DNA of 64,000 nucleotides, from assembly GCA_038046805.1 (NCBI GenBank), contig JBBSVO010000003.1:83120-147119 (forward strand), written 5' to 3'. The notes below the pieces were generated by a model. It did not search any database. It saw nothing but the letters and a program-made list of their open reading frames with translations, and was not told the origin of the DNA. Source of the stretch: Candidatus Micrarchaeota archaeon. Lineage in GTDB: Archaea > Micrarchaeota > Micrarchaeia > Anstonellales > Bilamarchaeaceae. Positions 1-9,932 of the stretch are shown here, one piece after another (within the stretch, counting starts at the first letter, position 1; every line of letters starts with the position of its first letter). The translations under genes were made by a program, and so were the position numbers.

Positions 1-729
1 CTGAACCTGTGCCCTTACTACAGTTGCATTGATTTCGGCATACACACGGGCTAGATTTACTAATGAAACTATACTCATTTCATCAAACACCTGGAAATTC
101 CGTTCGCTCATGCGCACATTGGTATTGTATGCACGCACAAGCTGACCAAACCGAAACCTTCTTTTTGTTTCAGCATCCATGCAAACACGCAGATTAAGAG
201 CCCCTGGGAACGGATTCACAGCAACATGCGGAATCTGCGGAATTCCAAACCATGGCAGTATCAAATCAGAAAATTCTGCACGTGCTTTCAATAATCCCAG
301 CACGCCCCATGGCCTTCGAAATATCGGATCGCCTATATGGGTCGGTCTCCACTCTGTTATAGGGTCATACCATTTGCCAGGGCACATAAGCTGCTCGTAG
401 TCTGCATCCGCGCCTGCGCCTTTGAAGTTGAGTATGGCATATTCTCTACCTTCGTGCTCAAATGATTCATCCAAAAGGATATCAAGACCTTTGCCCCTTC
501 TGAACACGCGCATAAGCACGATTTCATAATCCGAAGATTTGAGATCCTGTGCATAACGTGGATGAACAAGCACGCAATCCTGAAGCTTTTCACCGCGCAC
601 GGGAATTTTCGCAATTGGCATGAGTTTGGTTTCTATGAGTGCCGGATGCCCGAAATGTCTTGTTATGGCAGTGCCTGAGTACATATCAAAATATCGGTAT
701 GTTTTGAGAGGGACTATGCTGTGAACCAT
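1..729 (-). CDS. Partial ORF (runs off window start), possible SelO/YdiU-like kinase-fold protein
   Basis: Not in ORF track. Manual translation from ATG at 729 is open to position 1: MVHSIVPLKTYRYFDMY...AILNFKGAGADAD...WGVLGLLKARAEFSDLILPWFGIPQIPH. FKGAG and RAEF...GIP resemble the SelO LKGxG and REf...GIPt motifs. Confidence 0.6.
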   Translation of the reverse strand, partial: MVHSIVPLKTYRYFDMYSGTAITRHFGHPALIETKLMPIAKIPVRGEKLQDCVLVHPRYAQDLKSSDYEIVLMRVFRRGKGLDILLDESFEHEGREYAILNFKGAGADADYEQLMCPGKWYDPITEWRPTHIGDPIFRRPWGVLGLLKARAEFSDLILPWFGIPQIPHVAVNPFPGALNLRVCMDAETKRRFRFGQLVRAYNTNVRMSERNFQVFDEMSIVSLVNLARVYAEINATVVRAQVQ

Positions 730-987
730 AAATACAAACCAGATAAATAATTAAACGAAGTAATTAAATAACCATATTTTATAACTCCATTTTAGGCTAA
801 GATAAATGCTGGAAAAAAAGGAAGGAAGGAAAAAAACACTGGTATTTAAACCCTTTTTTACATAGTATTTTTGTTGAAAGACAGATTAGATTAAACCCAT
901 AATTTACGACGATAAAAATTAACACTGATGAGACTTAGAAATTTACAAGGTTTAGTGTTAATATTGAACAACAAAATTGATGATAAT

Positions 988-2904
988 ATGGTTGATGAAC
1001 TAGACTCCTATACAGCAAAAGACATCCAGGTTCTGGAAGGATTAGAAGGGGTCAGGAAACGCCCTGCAATGTACATAGGCGACACCGGAAAACGGGGCCT
1101 CCATCACCTGGTTTATGAAATAGTGGATAATTCCATAGACGAAAGCCTTGCGGGATATTGTAAAAATATAGCGATTACGATCTATAAGGACGGCTCGGTA
1201 AGCATAAAGGACGACGGCAGGGGAATACCAACCGGAATCCACCCCCAGACTGGCAAATCAGCGCTGGAAACAATATCATTAACACTGCACGCAGGCGGAA
1301 AATTCGAAAAAAATGTTTACAAGGTAAGCGGAGGACTGCACGGAGTTGGCATGTCTGTAGTAAATGCACTTAGTGAAAGAATGGAAATTGAAGTCCACAG
1401 GGATGGAAAACAATTCAATCAAAGTTGTGCATATGGAAAGCTTGTTTCTCATGCAAAGGAAGTCGGGGCAACTACATACCGTGGAACGATAGTGCGATTC
1501 AAACCCGATGCAAAAATATTTTCAGTAACAGACTTTGATTTTGAATACTTGAAAGAAAGGTTTATGGAACTAGGATTCCTGAATCCTCAGATAACGATCG
1601 TATTTCGGGACGAAAGACCAGCACCAGAGCAGCCAGTGAGAGAAGAGATATTTCATTTCGAAGGTGGGATAAAGGCATTTGTAGAGCATCTTAACCGACT
1701 CAAGAATAAGATGCACCCTGCGATATACTCTGAAAAAAAGGCAGATGGAATTGAATGCGAATTCGCACTCCAGTATAATGATACATATACCGATAATATT
1801 TACAGTTTCGTAAATGACATAAAAACCATTGAGGGCGGAACTCATGAGATTGGATTCAGAGCCGCACTCACCCGCGCATTAAATGAATACGCCCGCAGCG
1901 GAAAAATGATAAAGGATGAAAGCAAAAGAATAACCGGCGATGATGCAATTGAAGGAATTACTGCGGTTATATCTGTTAAAATTCCTGAGCCGCAATTTGA
2001 AGGCCAGACAAAAACAAAGCTAGGGAACAGCGAGGTCAAGGGAATTGTTGACAGCATCGTATACGAATCACTTAAGACATTTTTTGATGAAAACCCCGGA
2101 CCAGCAAAAATAATACTCCACAAGGCACTTAGTTCATTAGAGGCAAGAGAAGCCGCACAAAAAGCAAAGGATTTGATACGCAGAAAAAATATATTTGAAA
2201 CTAGTATACTTCCTGGAAAGCTTGCGGACTGTGAGGAAGAGGATCCTGCAAAATCCGAATTGTTCTTGGTGGAGGGCGACTCAGCCGGAGGGTCATTAAA
2301 ATCTGCAAGAGATAGAAGAACTCAGGCCGTGCTCCCGTTACGAGGTAAAATTCTGAATGTGGAAAAGGCACCTCTTCCAAAGGTTCTAACAAGCGAGGAG
2401 ATAAAGGCGATTATACTTTCTCTCGGATGCGGATTTGGAGAAGACTTTAATATAGAAAAAATCAGATACCATAAAATTGTTATTGCAACTGATGCGGATG
2501 TTGACGGAGCTCACATCAGAACGCTTCTTCTTACGTTATTCTATAGGTATTTCAGAAAGATCGTTGAAGCAGGATATATCTACATTGCGCACCCGCCATT
2601 GTACAAGCTTTGGAAAGGAAAGGTAGTGCAATATGCGTATGGTGATGCAGAAAAGGACCGGATCGTACGGGAAATGGGCGAGAGCGGACTTAACATCCAG
2701 CGCTACAAAGGTCTTGGTGAAATGAACCCGGACCAATTATGGGATACTACGATTAATCCAGAAAACAGGATGCTGATGAAAGTAACAATTGAAGATGCGA
2801 TAAGGGCAGACGAACTATTCACAATATTAATGGGCGAGGAAGTTGAGCCAAGAAGGAAATTCATAGAGAATTATGCGAAAGAGGTGAAGAATCTTGACAT
2901 ATAA
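988..2904 (+). CDS. gyrB: DNA gyrase subunit B
   Basis: GLEGVRKRPAMYIG, EIVDNSIDE, GGLHGVG, VEGDSAGGS, PLRGKILNV, TDADVDG, QRYKGLGEMNPDQLW; start taken at MVDELDSY. Confidence 0.98.
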   Translation: MVDELDSYTAKDIQVLEGLEGVRKRPAMYIGDTGKRGLHHLVYEIVDNSIDESLAGYCKNIAITIYKDGSVSIKDDGRGIPTGIHPQTGKSALETISLTLHAGGKFEKNVYKVSGGLHGVGMSVVNALSERMEIEVHRDGKQFNQSCAYGKLVSHAKEVGATTYRGTIVRFKPDAKIFSVTDFDFEYLKERFMELGFLNPQITIVFRDERPAPEQPVREEIFHFEGGIKAFVEHLNRLKNKMHPAIYSEKKADGIECEFALQYNDTYTDNIYSFVNDIKTIEGGTHEIGFRAALTRALNEYARSGKMIKDESKRITGDDAIEGITAVISVKIPEPQFEGQTKTKLGNSEVKGIVDSIVYESLKTFFDENPGPAKIILHKALSSLEAREAAQKAKDLIRRKNIFETSILPGKLADCEEEDPAKSELFLVEGDSAGGSLKSARDRRTQAVLPLRGKILNVEKAPLPKVLTSEEIKAIILSLGCGFGEDFNIEKIRYHKIVIATDADVDGAHIRTLLLTLFYRYFRKIVEAGYIYIAHPPLYKLWKGKVVQYAYGDAEKDRIVREMGESGLNIQRYKGLGEMNPDQLWDTTINPENRMLMKVTIEDAIRADELFTILMGEEVEPRRKFIENYAKEVKNLDI

Positions 2905-3247
2905 CGCAGTTTTATTTGTGCTGGGAGTTGGTGCAATAATACTATCGGCAGTAATAGCAGTATATGGTGAAATGATTTTTGGAGTTTATGAAATGATGAT
3001 AGATGCCGAGGGAGCCCCATGCGAAAAACTTCCTTCAATTAGTGACGCTGAAAAGATTATAGAAGAACATAATGAAACATTTAAAAAAATTGAAAGTCTC
3101 TCACAAAATGTTGAGATACGTACAGAACGTTGTGAAGGAAAGGCAGTAATATTTATAAATTACGGCGCAAAGGCAGAGCGAGATTCTATAAAAAATATGA
3201 TGGGGGACACGTTTTTCGGAATACCATATACGATGCATAATGTTTAG
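2894..3247 (+). CDS. Hypothetical membrane-anchored protein between gyrB and gyrA
   Basis: 117-aa ORF overlapping the gyrB stop, with an N-terminal hydrophobic helix. Confidence 0.7.
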   Translation: MTYNAVLFVLGVGAIILSAVIAVYGEMIFGVYEMMIDAEGAPCEKLPSISDAEKIIEEHNETFKKIESLSQNVEIRTERCEGKAVIFINYGAKAERDSIKNMMGDTFFGIPYTMHNV

Positions 3248-3273
3248 ACAATAGCGATTGTTGTGTGATGTTG

Positions 3274-6200
3274 ATGGCAGAAAAAATTGAAGAACGGCCG
3301 ATTGAAAACGACATGCGCGAGTCATACATGGACTATGCAATGAGCGTTATTGTTGGCCGTGCGATTCCGGATGTGTGTGATGGACTAAAACCAGTGCACA
3401 GAAGAATTCTTTTCGGAATGTACGAATTGAGCAACACCCACGATAAGCAATACAAAAAAAGTGCCAGAATAGTCGGGGAAATTTTGGGTAAATTTCATCC
3501 ACATGGAGACGTAGCGATTTATGACACACTTGTTAGAATGGCCCAACCATTTAGCCTCAGATATCCTCTTGTTGATGGTCAAGGGAATTTTGGATGTTTC
3601 ACTAAAGATACAAAAGTCAGATTGGCGGATGGAAGAAGCTTAAGTTTTGAAGAACTAATCAAAGAAAATAACGATGGCAGAAAAAATTTTACATTTACGA
3701 TAGATGACACTGGCAACATAAAAATTGCAGAGATATTACGACCAAGATTAACCATCAAAGATGCTGAGGTAATGCAAATTGTTTTGGACAACGGAGAAGA
3801 AATCAAGTGTACTCTCAACCACAAATTTATGCTGCGTAACGGGGAATACAAGGAAGCCAAAGACCTTCGGATAGGAAACTCGCTAATGCCCTTATATACT
3901 AGATTATCTACGAAGGACGATGACCCAAATATAGCAAACTATGAAATGGTATTGCAGCCAATAAACGATAAATGGGATTACGTTCACCACATTTCAGATG
4001 CTTGGAATATTGAACATGCGATGTATGCAAAATCCGCTGGTAGGATCCGTCACCATCTTGATTTTAACAAACGGAATAATTACCCAAATAATATAAAAAG
4101 AATGAAATGGAAAGAACACTGGCAGATACATTATAGTTACGCTTCAGAAAAACACAAAAATGACGAAGATTATCGTGCAAAGTTAGCACAGGGAAGAAAG
4201 GAGTACTGGGCAAATCCAGAAAATAGAAAGAAACAGTCTGAGCGATATAGCAAGATAAACCGGGAAAGATGGCAGGTTCCAGAGTATAGGTTAAGAATGA
4301 TCAAAAATCTGAGTGAGATTAACAAAAGATATATCCAAACACATCCTGAAAAAAGAAAGGAACTTAGCGAAAGAGCTACAAAAACCCTGAAGCGACTGTG
4401 GCAAGATCCGGTTTACAGAAAATTTATTCATCAGAAAATCATTAATGGCAATAAAAATCATACTACTAACAGGACAGGGAGATTGAAATTTCTAAACATT
4501 TGTAGGCATCTCTTAAAACGCAATGAAGCTATTTGCGAGCAGAGTTATGAGAATGCACGAAAAATAGTATATCCATACGGACATGCTACTACATGGCTTA
4601 CAGGATTACTAAAGTATTTCAACAATGATCAAAACCTTGTCTTTTGTGAATTGAACAAAAATCACAAGATAGCAAAAATAGAATTTCTCGGAAAACGTGA
4701 AGACGTTTACGATTTAACAGTAGAAGGCACACACAACTTTGCTTTAGCGGCAGGAGTGTTCGTTCATAATTCAATTGATGGAGATAACGCTGCAGCTATG
4801 AGGTATACGGAGACGCGCATGAAAAAAATAGCAGAGGAAATGCTCTCCGACATTGACAAGGAAACAGTTGATTTCACCCCGAATTTTGACGGAACGCTTA
4901 AGGAGCCTATAGTACTTCCATCCCGCATTCCAAATCTTCTCATAAACGGTTCATCTGGAATTGCGGTAGGGATGGCAACGAATATTCCCCCTCACAATCT
5001 TGGGGAAATTTGCGATGCTGCTGCTGCGATAATTGATGGAGCAGACGAGGACGCGATAATTCACAGCATTACCGGACCGGATTTTCCTACAGGCGGGGTA
5101 ATTGTTGGAAAGGCCGGAATACATTCAGCATACAAAACAGGTAGAGGAATACTTCGCGTTCGCGGAAAGGCAGAGATTAAAGGGCAAAAAACAGGTGAAC
5201 CCGGGGAAACAAAATCAAAGGCTGCAAAGACCGTCATATCCATAACGGAAATTCCATATCAGGTTACAAAAACAGCGATCATTGAAAAAATAGCCGAGGC
5301 AGTGCGGGACAAAAGAATTGAAGGAATAAGCGGTGTGCACGACCGCTCGGACAAGGATGGACTAGAGGTAATCGTTGAACTTAAACGCGATGCAAATCCA
5401 GAAGTGGTGCTTAATCAGCTTTATGCACACACCCAGCTTGAAACCACATTTGGAATAATAAATCTGGTTCTTGTTGGAAAGGAACCAAAAGTTCTTGGAA
5501 TATACAAGATGCTCAAACAATTCGTTGAATTCAGAAAAGAGGTTGTAACAAAACGTTGTATATTTGAATTAAAGATCGCAGAAGAACGGGCACATATACT
5601 TGAAGGATTACGAAAGGCGCTTGAAAACATCGATGAGATAGTTCCATTCCTCAAAGGGTCCAAAGATGTCGCAGATGCACGCGCAGGACTTATGAGCAAA
5701 TATTCTCTTAGTGAAAAACAGGCAAATGCAATATTGGATATGAAACTGCAGAAACTCATATCGCTTGAACGAAAAAAGATCGATGATGAGTTTGCAGAAC
5801 TCCAGAAAACAATTTCATGGCTTAAAGACGTGCTTTCAGATGCTTTGAAAGTCCTGAAGATAATAAAGGACGAACTACTTGATATCAAACAAAAATACAA
5901 CGACAAACGAAGAACTGAGATAATCGAGGTCGAAGGTGAACGGACCACGGAAGCACTCATACCAAACGATGAAGTCGTGATAATGATAAGTAACCGAGGA
6001 TATGTGAAACGTGTGAGTCTTGACGAATACCGCTCTCAAAGAAGGGGTGGAAAAGGAGTTATCGGAGCTGAAACAAAAGAAGAGGACACAATAACAGACA
6101 TACTGGTTACGCGAAACCACAACTATCTTCTGATCTTCTCGGATAAAGGACGCGTTTACTGGATGAAAACATATGTGATTCCAGAAACTGGAAGATATTC

Positions 6201-6993
6201 CACAGGAAAACCCCTTGTAAACCTTGTTGAAATGCAAGAACAGGATGAAAAGATAACCTCCTGGATATCTGTAGATGCGTTTAGCGAAAAGGAATTCCTT
6301 TCAATGATAACCAAGAATGGAATAATCAAACGAATTTCACTGGACAATTTTTCAAGACCAAGAAAAGGTGGAATAATTGCCATAACTCTCAAAGAAGGAG
6401 ACCGACTTGTGGAAGTCGTGAAAACAGATGGAAAACAGGATCTTTTAGTTGCAACAAAGAATGGGCAGGCAATAAGATTTAACGAGCTTGATGCGCGCGA
6501 GATTGGAAGAACTGGGCAGGGCGTAATCGGAATTCGGTTCAAGGAAGGAGAAGATGAAGTAATTGGCATTACCATTTGCGATAAGCCAACAATATTGACG
6601 ATCACAGAAAACGGATACGGAAAAAGAACTCCGATTGAGGAATACCGCGCGCAGGGAAGAGGCGGAAGCGGAGTAATCAGCATAAAAACTGAAGGACGAA
6701 ACGGAACAGTGATCGGAATTAAAACCGTAAGCGATGATTACGAAGCAATAATAATAAGCTCAAAAGGCCAGACAATACGCGTGCCCATGAGCGGGATTTC
6801 GGTAATAGGAAGAAACACGCAGGGTGTGCGAATTATAAGGCTTGACGAGACTACTGGAGAAAAGGTAGCTAGTTTTGCAGTGATGAAAAGCGAGCGGGAA
6901 CTGGGTGGTACAGGAACAGAGACTAGCGCGGCACCTCAACCTCAGAAAGCGGAACCGCAACAGGACGCTGAGAGCACGCCTCAAAATCATTGA
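3274..6993 (+). CDS. gyrA: DNA gyrase subunit A, intein-containing
   Basis: YMDYAMSVIVGRA, DGLKPVHRR, HPHGD, AAMRYTE (catalytic Tyr), GyrA-box QRRGGKG, C-terminal pinwheel repeats. Confidence 0.98.
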   Translation: MAEKIEERPIENDMRESYMDYAMSVIVGRAIPDVCDGLKPVHRRILFGMYELSNTHDKQYKKSARIVGEILGKFHPHGDVAIYDTLVRMAQPFSLRYPLVDGQGNFGCFTKDTKVRLADGRSLSFEELIKENNDGRKNFTFTIDDTGNIKIAEILRPRLTIKDAEVMQIVLDNGEEIKCTLNHKFMLRNGEYKEAKDLRIGNSLMPLYTRLSTKDDDPNIANYEMVLQPINDKWDYVHHISDAWNIEHAMYAKSAGRIRHHLDFNKRNNYPNNIKRMKWKEHWQIHYSYASEKHKNDEDYRAKLAQGRKEYWANPENRKKQSERYSKINRERWQVPEYRLRMIKNLSEINKRYIQTHPEKRKELSERATKTLKRLWQDPVYRKFIHQKIINGNKNHTTNRTGRLKFLNICRHLLKRNEAICEQSYENARKIVYPYGHATTWLTGLLKYFNNDQNLVFCELNKNHKIAKIEFLGKREDVYDLTVEGTHNFALAAGVFVHNSIDGDNAAAMRYTETRMKKIAEEMLSDIDKETVDFTPNFDGTLKEPIVLPSRIPNLLINGSSGIAVGMATNIPPHNLGEICDAAAAIIDGADEDAIIHSITGPDFPTGGVIVGKAGIHSAYKTGRGILRVRGKAEIKGQKTGEPGETKSKAAKTVISITEIPYQVTKTAIIEKIAEAVRDKRIEGISGVHDRSDKDGLEVIVELKRDANPEVVLNQLYAHTQLETTFGIINLVLVGKEPKVLGIYKMLKQFVEFRKEVVTKRCIFELKIAEERAHILEGLRKALENIDEIVPFLKGSKDVADARAGLMSKYSLSEKQANAILDMKLQKLISLERKKIDDEFAELQKTISWLKDVLSDALKVLKIIKDELLDIKQKYNDKRRTEIIEVEGERTTEALIPNDEVVIMISNRGYVKRVSLDEYRSQRRGGKGVIGAETKEEDTITDILVTRNHNYLLIFSDKGRVYWMKTYVIPETGRYSTGKPLVNLVEMQEQDEKITSWISVDAFSEKEFLSMITKNGIIKRISLDNFSRPRKGGIIAITLKEGDRLVEVVKTDGKQDLLVATKNGQAIRFNELDAREIGRTGQGVIGIRFKEGEDEVIGITICDKPTILTITENGYGKRTPIEEYRAQGRGGSGVISIKTEGRNGTVIGIKTVSDDYEAIIISSKGQTIRVPMSGISVIGRNTQGVRIIRLDETTGEKVASFAVMKSERELGGTGTETSAAPQPQKAEPQQDAESTPQNH
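3595..4770 (+). mobile_element. Intein (392 aa) with HNH-type endonuclease region, inserted at GQGNFG/SIDGD of GyrA
   Basis: Begins CFTKDTKV, block B CTLNHKF, ends VYDLTVEGTHNFALAAGVFVHN followed by Ser; internal HHLDFNKRNNYPNN and basic NUMOD-like helices. Confidence 0.95.
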
Positions 6994-7414
6994 GCAAATA
7001 ACCAAGATACTCCCTGGAAACAGACATGAATCTTCCTGTTCTCGCCATTTCTGTTCCGAACAAAACCGCTGCCTGCATTCTAGTTAGTTCTAAATTGCCG
7101 TCACCTTCCAAAAATTCAGGAGAAACGCCCGTGGTTAGTAAACGGGTACGCGCCTCCAAATGCACGGGCGTCATTGTGCCATCGGTTTTGTGAACTTTTG
7201 AAAGCGCCAGTGTAGTTTTCAAAACATCAAGAAAAACATGTCTCAATCCCTCTTTTTGCGCCTTTTCATCTTCAGAAGTTCCCAACCCATGATATCTCTC
7301 AACGAGTTTCCATAGCGGAGTCTGTTTTTGAACCGCACGCGCTGCGGAAAGCGACCGACACGACCCATTACGCGGCTCGGATTTAGCATCAACATTACAC
7401 GGCATTACCATCAT
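6923..7414 (-). CDS. Hypothetical protein
   Basis: 163-aa ORF with upstream GAGGTGA SD-like motif; overlaps the gyrA 3' end. Confidence 0.6.
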   Translation of the reverse strand: MMVMPCNVDAKSEPRNGSCRSLSAARAVQKQTPLWKLVERYHGLGTSEDEKAQKEGLRHVFLDVLKTTLALSKVHKTDGTMTPVHLEARTRLLTTGVSPEFLEGDGNLELTRMQAAVLFGTEMARTGRFMSVSREYLGYLLNDFEACSQRPVAVPLSEVEVPR

Positions 7415-7440
7415 TTCACCTCAAAATATTATGGAAATTC

Positions 7441-7869
7441 TTAGTTCCCAACATCTTTATAAACTCCTTTTTTAAGGACAAAATGTTCTGCAAACAGATG
7501 TGGATTAACACCTTTTATCAGGCATATACGTCCATCTGAAAGGCAATCGGACAGAGTATCCAATGAGCCCCAGAGTTCTTCTCCGGGTTTTCTGGCGGAC
7601 TCAACAGCCTGCACGGATTCTAATCGTACCATAAGCCCAATTACCCTGGAAACCCCGTCCTCTTTGACTGACAAAACATATGCTCCATCCTCCCGCCTTT
7701 TTCCAACAAGGGTTTTCGGGTTTCTCGGATCGGTTGAAGAAATAAAAACAAAAGAAAGAGTTCCGAGCGCGATTGCTGTTTCGGATGCAGGAGTTCTTTG
7801 GCGTTTCAATCCTTCGCGCCTCTGCCCGCCGCGGCGCAAATCCTCCAAAGGCTTTAATGCTAATGCCAT
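7441..7869 (-). CDS. Hypothetical protein
   Basis: 142-aa ORF abutting the upstream ORF stop (operon-like). Confidence 0.65.
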   Translation of the reverse strand: MALALKPLEDLRRGGQRREGLKRQRTPASETAIALGTLSFVFISSTDPRNPKTLVGKRREDGAYVLSVKEDGVSRVIGLMVRLESVQAVESARKPGEELWGSLDTLSDCLSDGRICLIKGVNPHLFAEHFVLKKGVYKDVGN

Positions 7870-8460
7870 CTAGCGGACCACCTCACCGAGCGCATGCTCC
7901 AACGCAACCCTCCACGGAGTAAACCGTTGTCCGCCATCCATGACTTCAAGATTTGTCGGAACATTTAGGTAAACTTCCACCGAATCCGGCCTTACCCCAC
8001 GTACGAATTTCCTTCCTTCTACTCCAAATGGATTCACCGTAGGTTCAGATAACGGATCAAAACCATGCGCGGGGCTTTCGCTTTGCACAGCACTTACTGC
8101 AAGTTCGGAATGATACACTCCAAGGCAACTACCTCCCGAAACAACCATCTCTTCACGTGTGCCACCTACCAAAAAGGCGGTGTATCCCACACGGGCGGTT
8201 CTTAACGCAAGCTGAACCATCTCTTTGCTTAAAGGAACCGCATGACCTTCACGCGTTACACCCATCACTTTTCTTGAGAGCCCTTCTCCGGCATCGGCTG
8301 GAACGTAATTTACGCGTTCCGCGTTCTGTGGGCTTACATCTGACCGCGGGTTTGCATAATCAAGCAATCCAACCAATCGCCCAAAGGAGACTTTCGGCTC
8401 TGCCCGTAACGTCCTAGAACATACGGCGTCAATTGTAACTGGATTTAATACTGCAACCAT
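7870..8460 (-). CDS. Hypothetical protein (possibly paralogous to the downstream ORF)
   Basis: Start MVAVLNP preceded by GGTGAG; its segment AVQSESPAHG..DPLSE...VRGVRP resembles VQAVESARKPG..DTLSD...IKGVNP in the next ORF. Confidence 0.6.
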   Translation of the reverse strand: MVAVLNPVTIDAVCSRTLRAEPKVSFGRLVGLLDYANPRSDVSPQNAERVNYVPADAGEGLSRKVMGVTREGHAVPLSKEMVQLALRTARVGYTAFLVGGTREEMVVSGGSCLGVYHSELAVSAVQSESPAHGFDPLSEPTVNPFGVEGRKFVRGVRPDSVEVYLNVPTNLEVMDGGQRFTPWRVALEHALGEVVR

Positions 8461-8468
8461 ATTCTCAC

Positions 8469-8807
8469 CTACAAAACAAAGTTCGGTACCTGACCAAACT
8501 CCTGCACAACGCGCCAAACAGTCATTCTGGACACTCCAAACATGACTGCAAGCTGCCTCAGAGAATACGGCCGGCTATAATACGCCTCAAGAAGCTTTTC
8601 ACGCTTCTCTACATCCATGCAATTTGGCCTTCCAACTTTACTGTCGTCTGACTTATTATTATACCTATTTTCATCTACAAAATTAGATTCTGCTTGTTTT
8701 TCGCTGGCACTACCTCTGCCAAAAACTAAACTCTCACTGGATTTCACACCACCCTTTTGATGGTACCAACCGACAACACCCTTTCGGCTTCTTTCCCATT
8801 TTTTCAC
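8469..8807 (-). CDS. Hin/resolvase-type helix-turn-helix protein
   Basis: GRPNCMD..KREKLLEAY...SLRQLAVMFGVSRMTVWR; start uncertain (GTG 8807 or ATG 8618). Confidence 0.7.
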   Translation of the reverse strand: MKKWERSRKGVVGWYHQKGGVKSSESLVFGRGSASEKQAESNFVDENRYNNKSDDSKVGRPNCMDVEKREKLLEAYYSRPYSLRQLAVMFGVSRMTVWRVVQEFGQVPNFVL

Positions 8808-8911
8808 CCCTTTTTGTTTTTTTTTATTTTATTTATTGTTTGTTTTTTCTAGCACCCCGTCTGCGCCAACCGCATAAGAAGGCTATTAGAGATGTTTAAG
8901 TGAGGAATAAA

Positions 8912-8929
8912 TATTTAAAGGTATGTCAC
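8912..8929 (-). promoter_or_regulatory. TATA-box-containing motif shared with 40203-40220
   Basis: TATTTAAAGGTATGTCAC vs TATTTAAAGGTTTGTCAC (17/18 identical), each upstream of a minus-strand HTH gene. Confidence 0.5.
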
Positions 8930-8987
8930 AAACTGCGCAGCAGTTTTGACTGAAAAGAACGAATCGTCGTTCTTTGTTAGTCCCAAA

Positions 8988-9827
8988 TTACGAAATTCGG
9001 AAAAAATTAAAAGTGAAAAAAGTCCCAACCTTGTCCTTTATAAAATCCAAAACTCTGGACACAAACGGAGTCTTATCCGGGTGATTCGGCGATTCGAATA
9101 GCATCAGCGTGAATGTATCGCCCGCACAATAGTGTGTTTGCGTCTTCACCAGCTTGTAAGGCGCGAACAGGTGCTCGTATTCTTCTGGAGTTCTTAAAAT
9201 TGTATATCTGGATATTGGAAAATCCGGCCCTTCATAAGTGTGTTCAGCAATGAATATTCTGTCGCTCAGATCCATCATTCTCTGGATGGTTGCTCGAAGT
9301 TCTGTCGGAGAAAGAATGTGGAGCAAAACAATAGAATCAAAAACCAAATCGAATCGTTCTCCAGTTGCAAGCGGAACTTCGGTTATTTTGCCAAGATGTA
9401 ATTGGACATTAGCACAACCTTCGAGATACCGTTTTGCCTGTTCAAGCATTAATGGTGAGATGTCGCACCCTACAACTCGCGCGGCTATATTAGCCAGCAA
9501 ACGGGTAAAACGACCTATGCCAACTCCTAATTCAAATATTGTTCTTTCCCCAATGTAATCACGCAGGAAATCAATTACGGCGAATTCGAAATTCAATGAC
9601 GCATGATTATTCTCTTCTACAGTATGCCTGGCAGACATAACACTTTGCAAACCCGGCCTTTGTGCACGTGTATCCCAGTGTGCACGAATTTCGGATTCCG
9701 GAATTTGTTCCTTTTCTTTACGCTCGATTTGCTGGTATGTATCAAGTTCTCCTGGTGCTGTTGAAAATGCACGAACCCCCTGTTGCACGGAATTTCTGCT
9801 GGGATAGTTAAACCATTTCAATTTCAT
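8988..9827 (-). CDS. Class I SAM-dependent methyltransferase
   Basis: IFELGVGIGRF, VVGCDISPLML, FDLVFDSIVLLHI. Confidence 0.9.
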   Translation of the reverse strand: MKLKWFNYPSRNSVQQGVRAFSTAPGELDTYQQIERKEKEQIPESEIRAHWDTRAQRPGLQSVMSARHTVEENNHASLNFEFAVIDFLRDYIGERTIFELGVGIGRFTRLLANIAARVVGCDISPLMLEQAKRYLEGCANVQLHLGKITEVPLATGERFDLVFDSIVLLHILSPTELRATIQRMMDLSDRIFIAEHTYEGPDFPISRYTILRTPEEYEHLFAPYKLVKTQTHYCAGDTFTLMLFESPNHPDKTPFVSRVLDFIKDKVGTFFTFNFFRIS

Positions 9828-9932
9828 ATGATCACCATGTTATTTGTTGTAGAAAGTTGTATTTATTTCCTTTTGATGATTTATTTATCAAAACCGTAAA
9901 ATATTAATATGTTTTTAGGTAATGATAGATAT

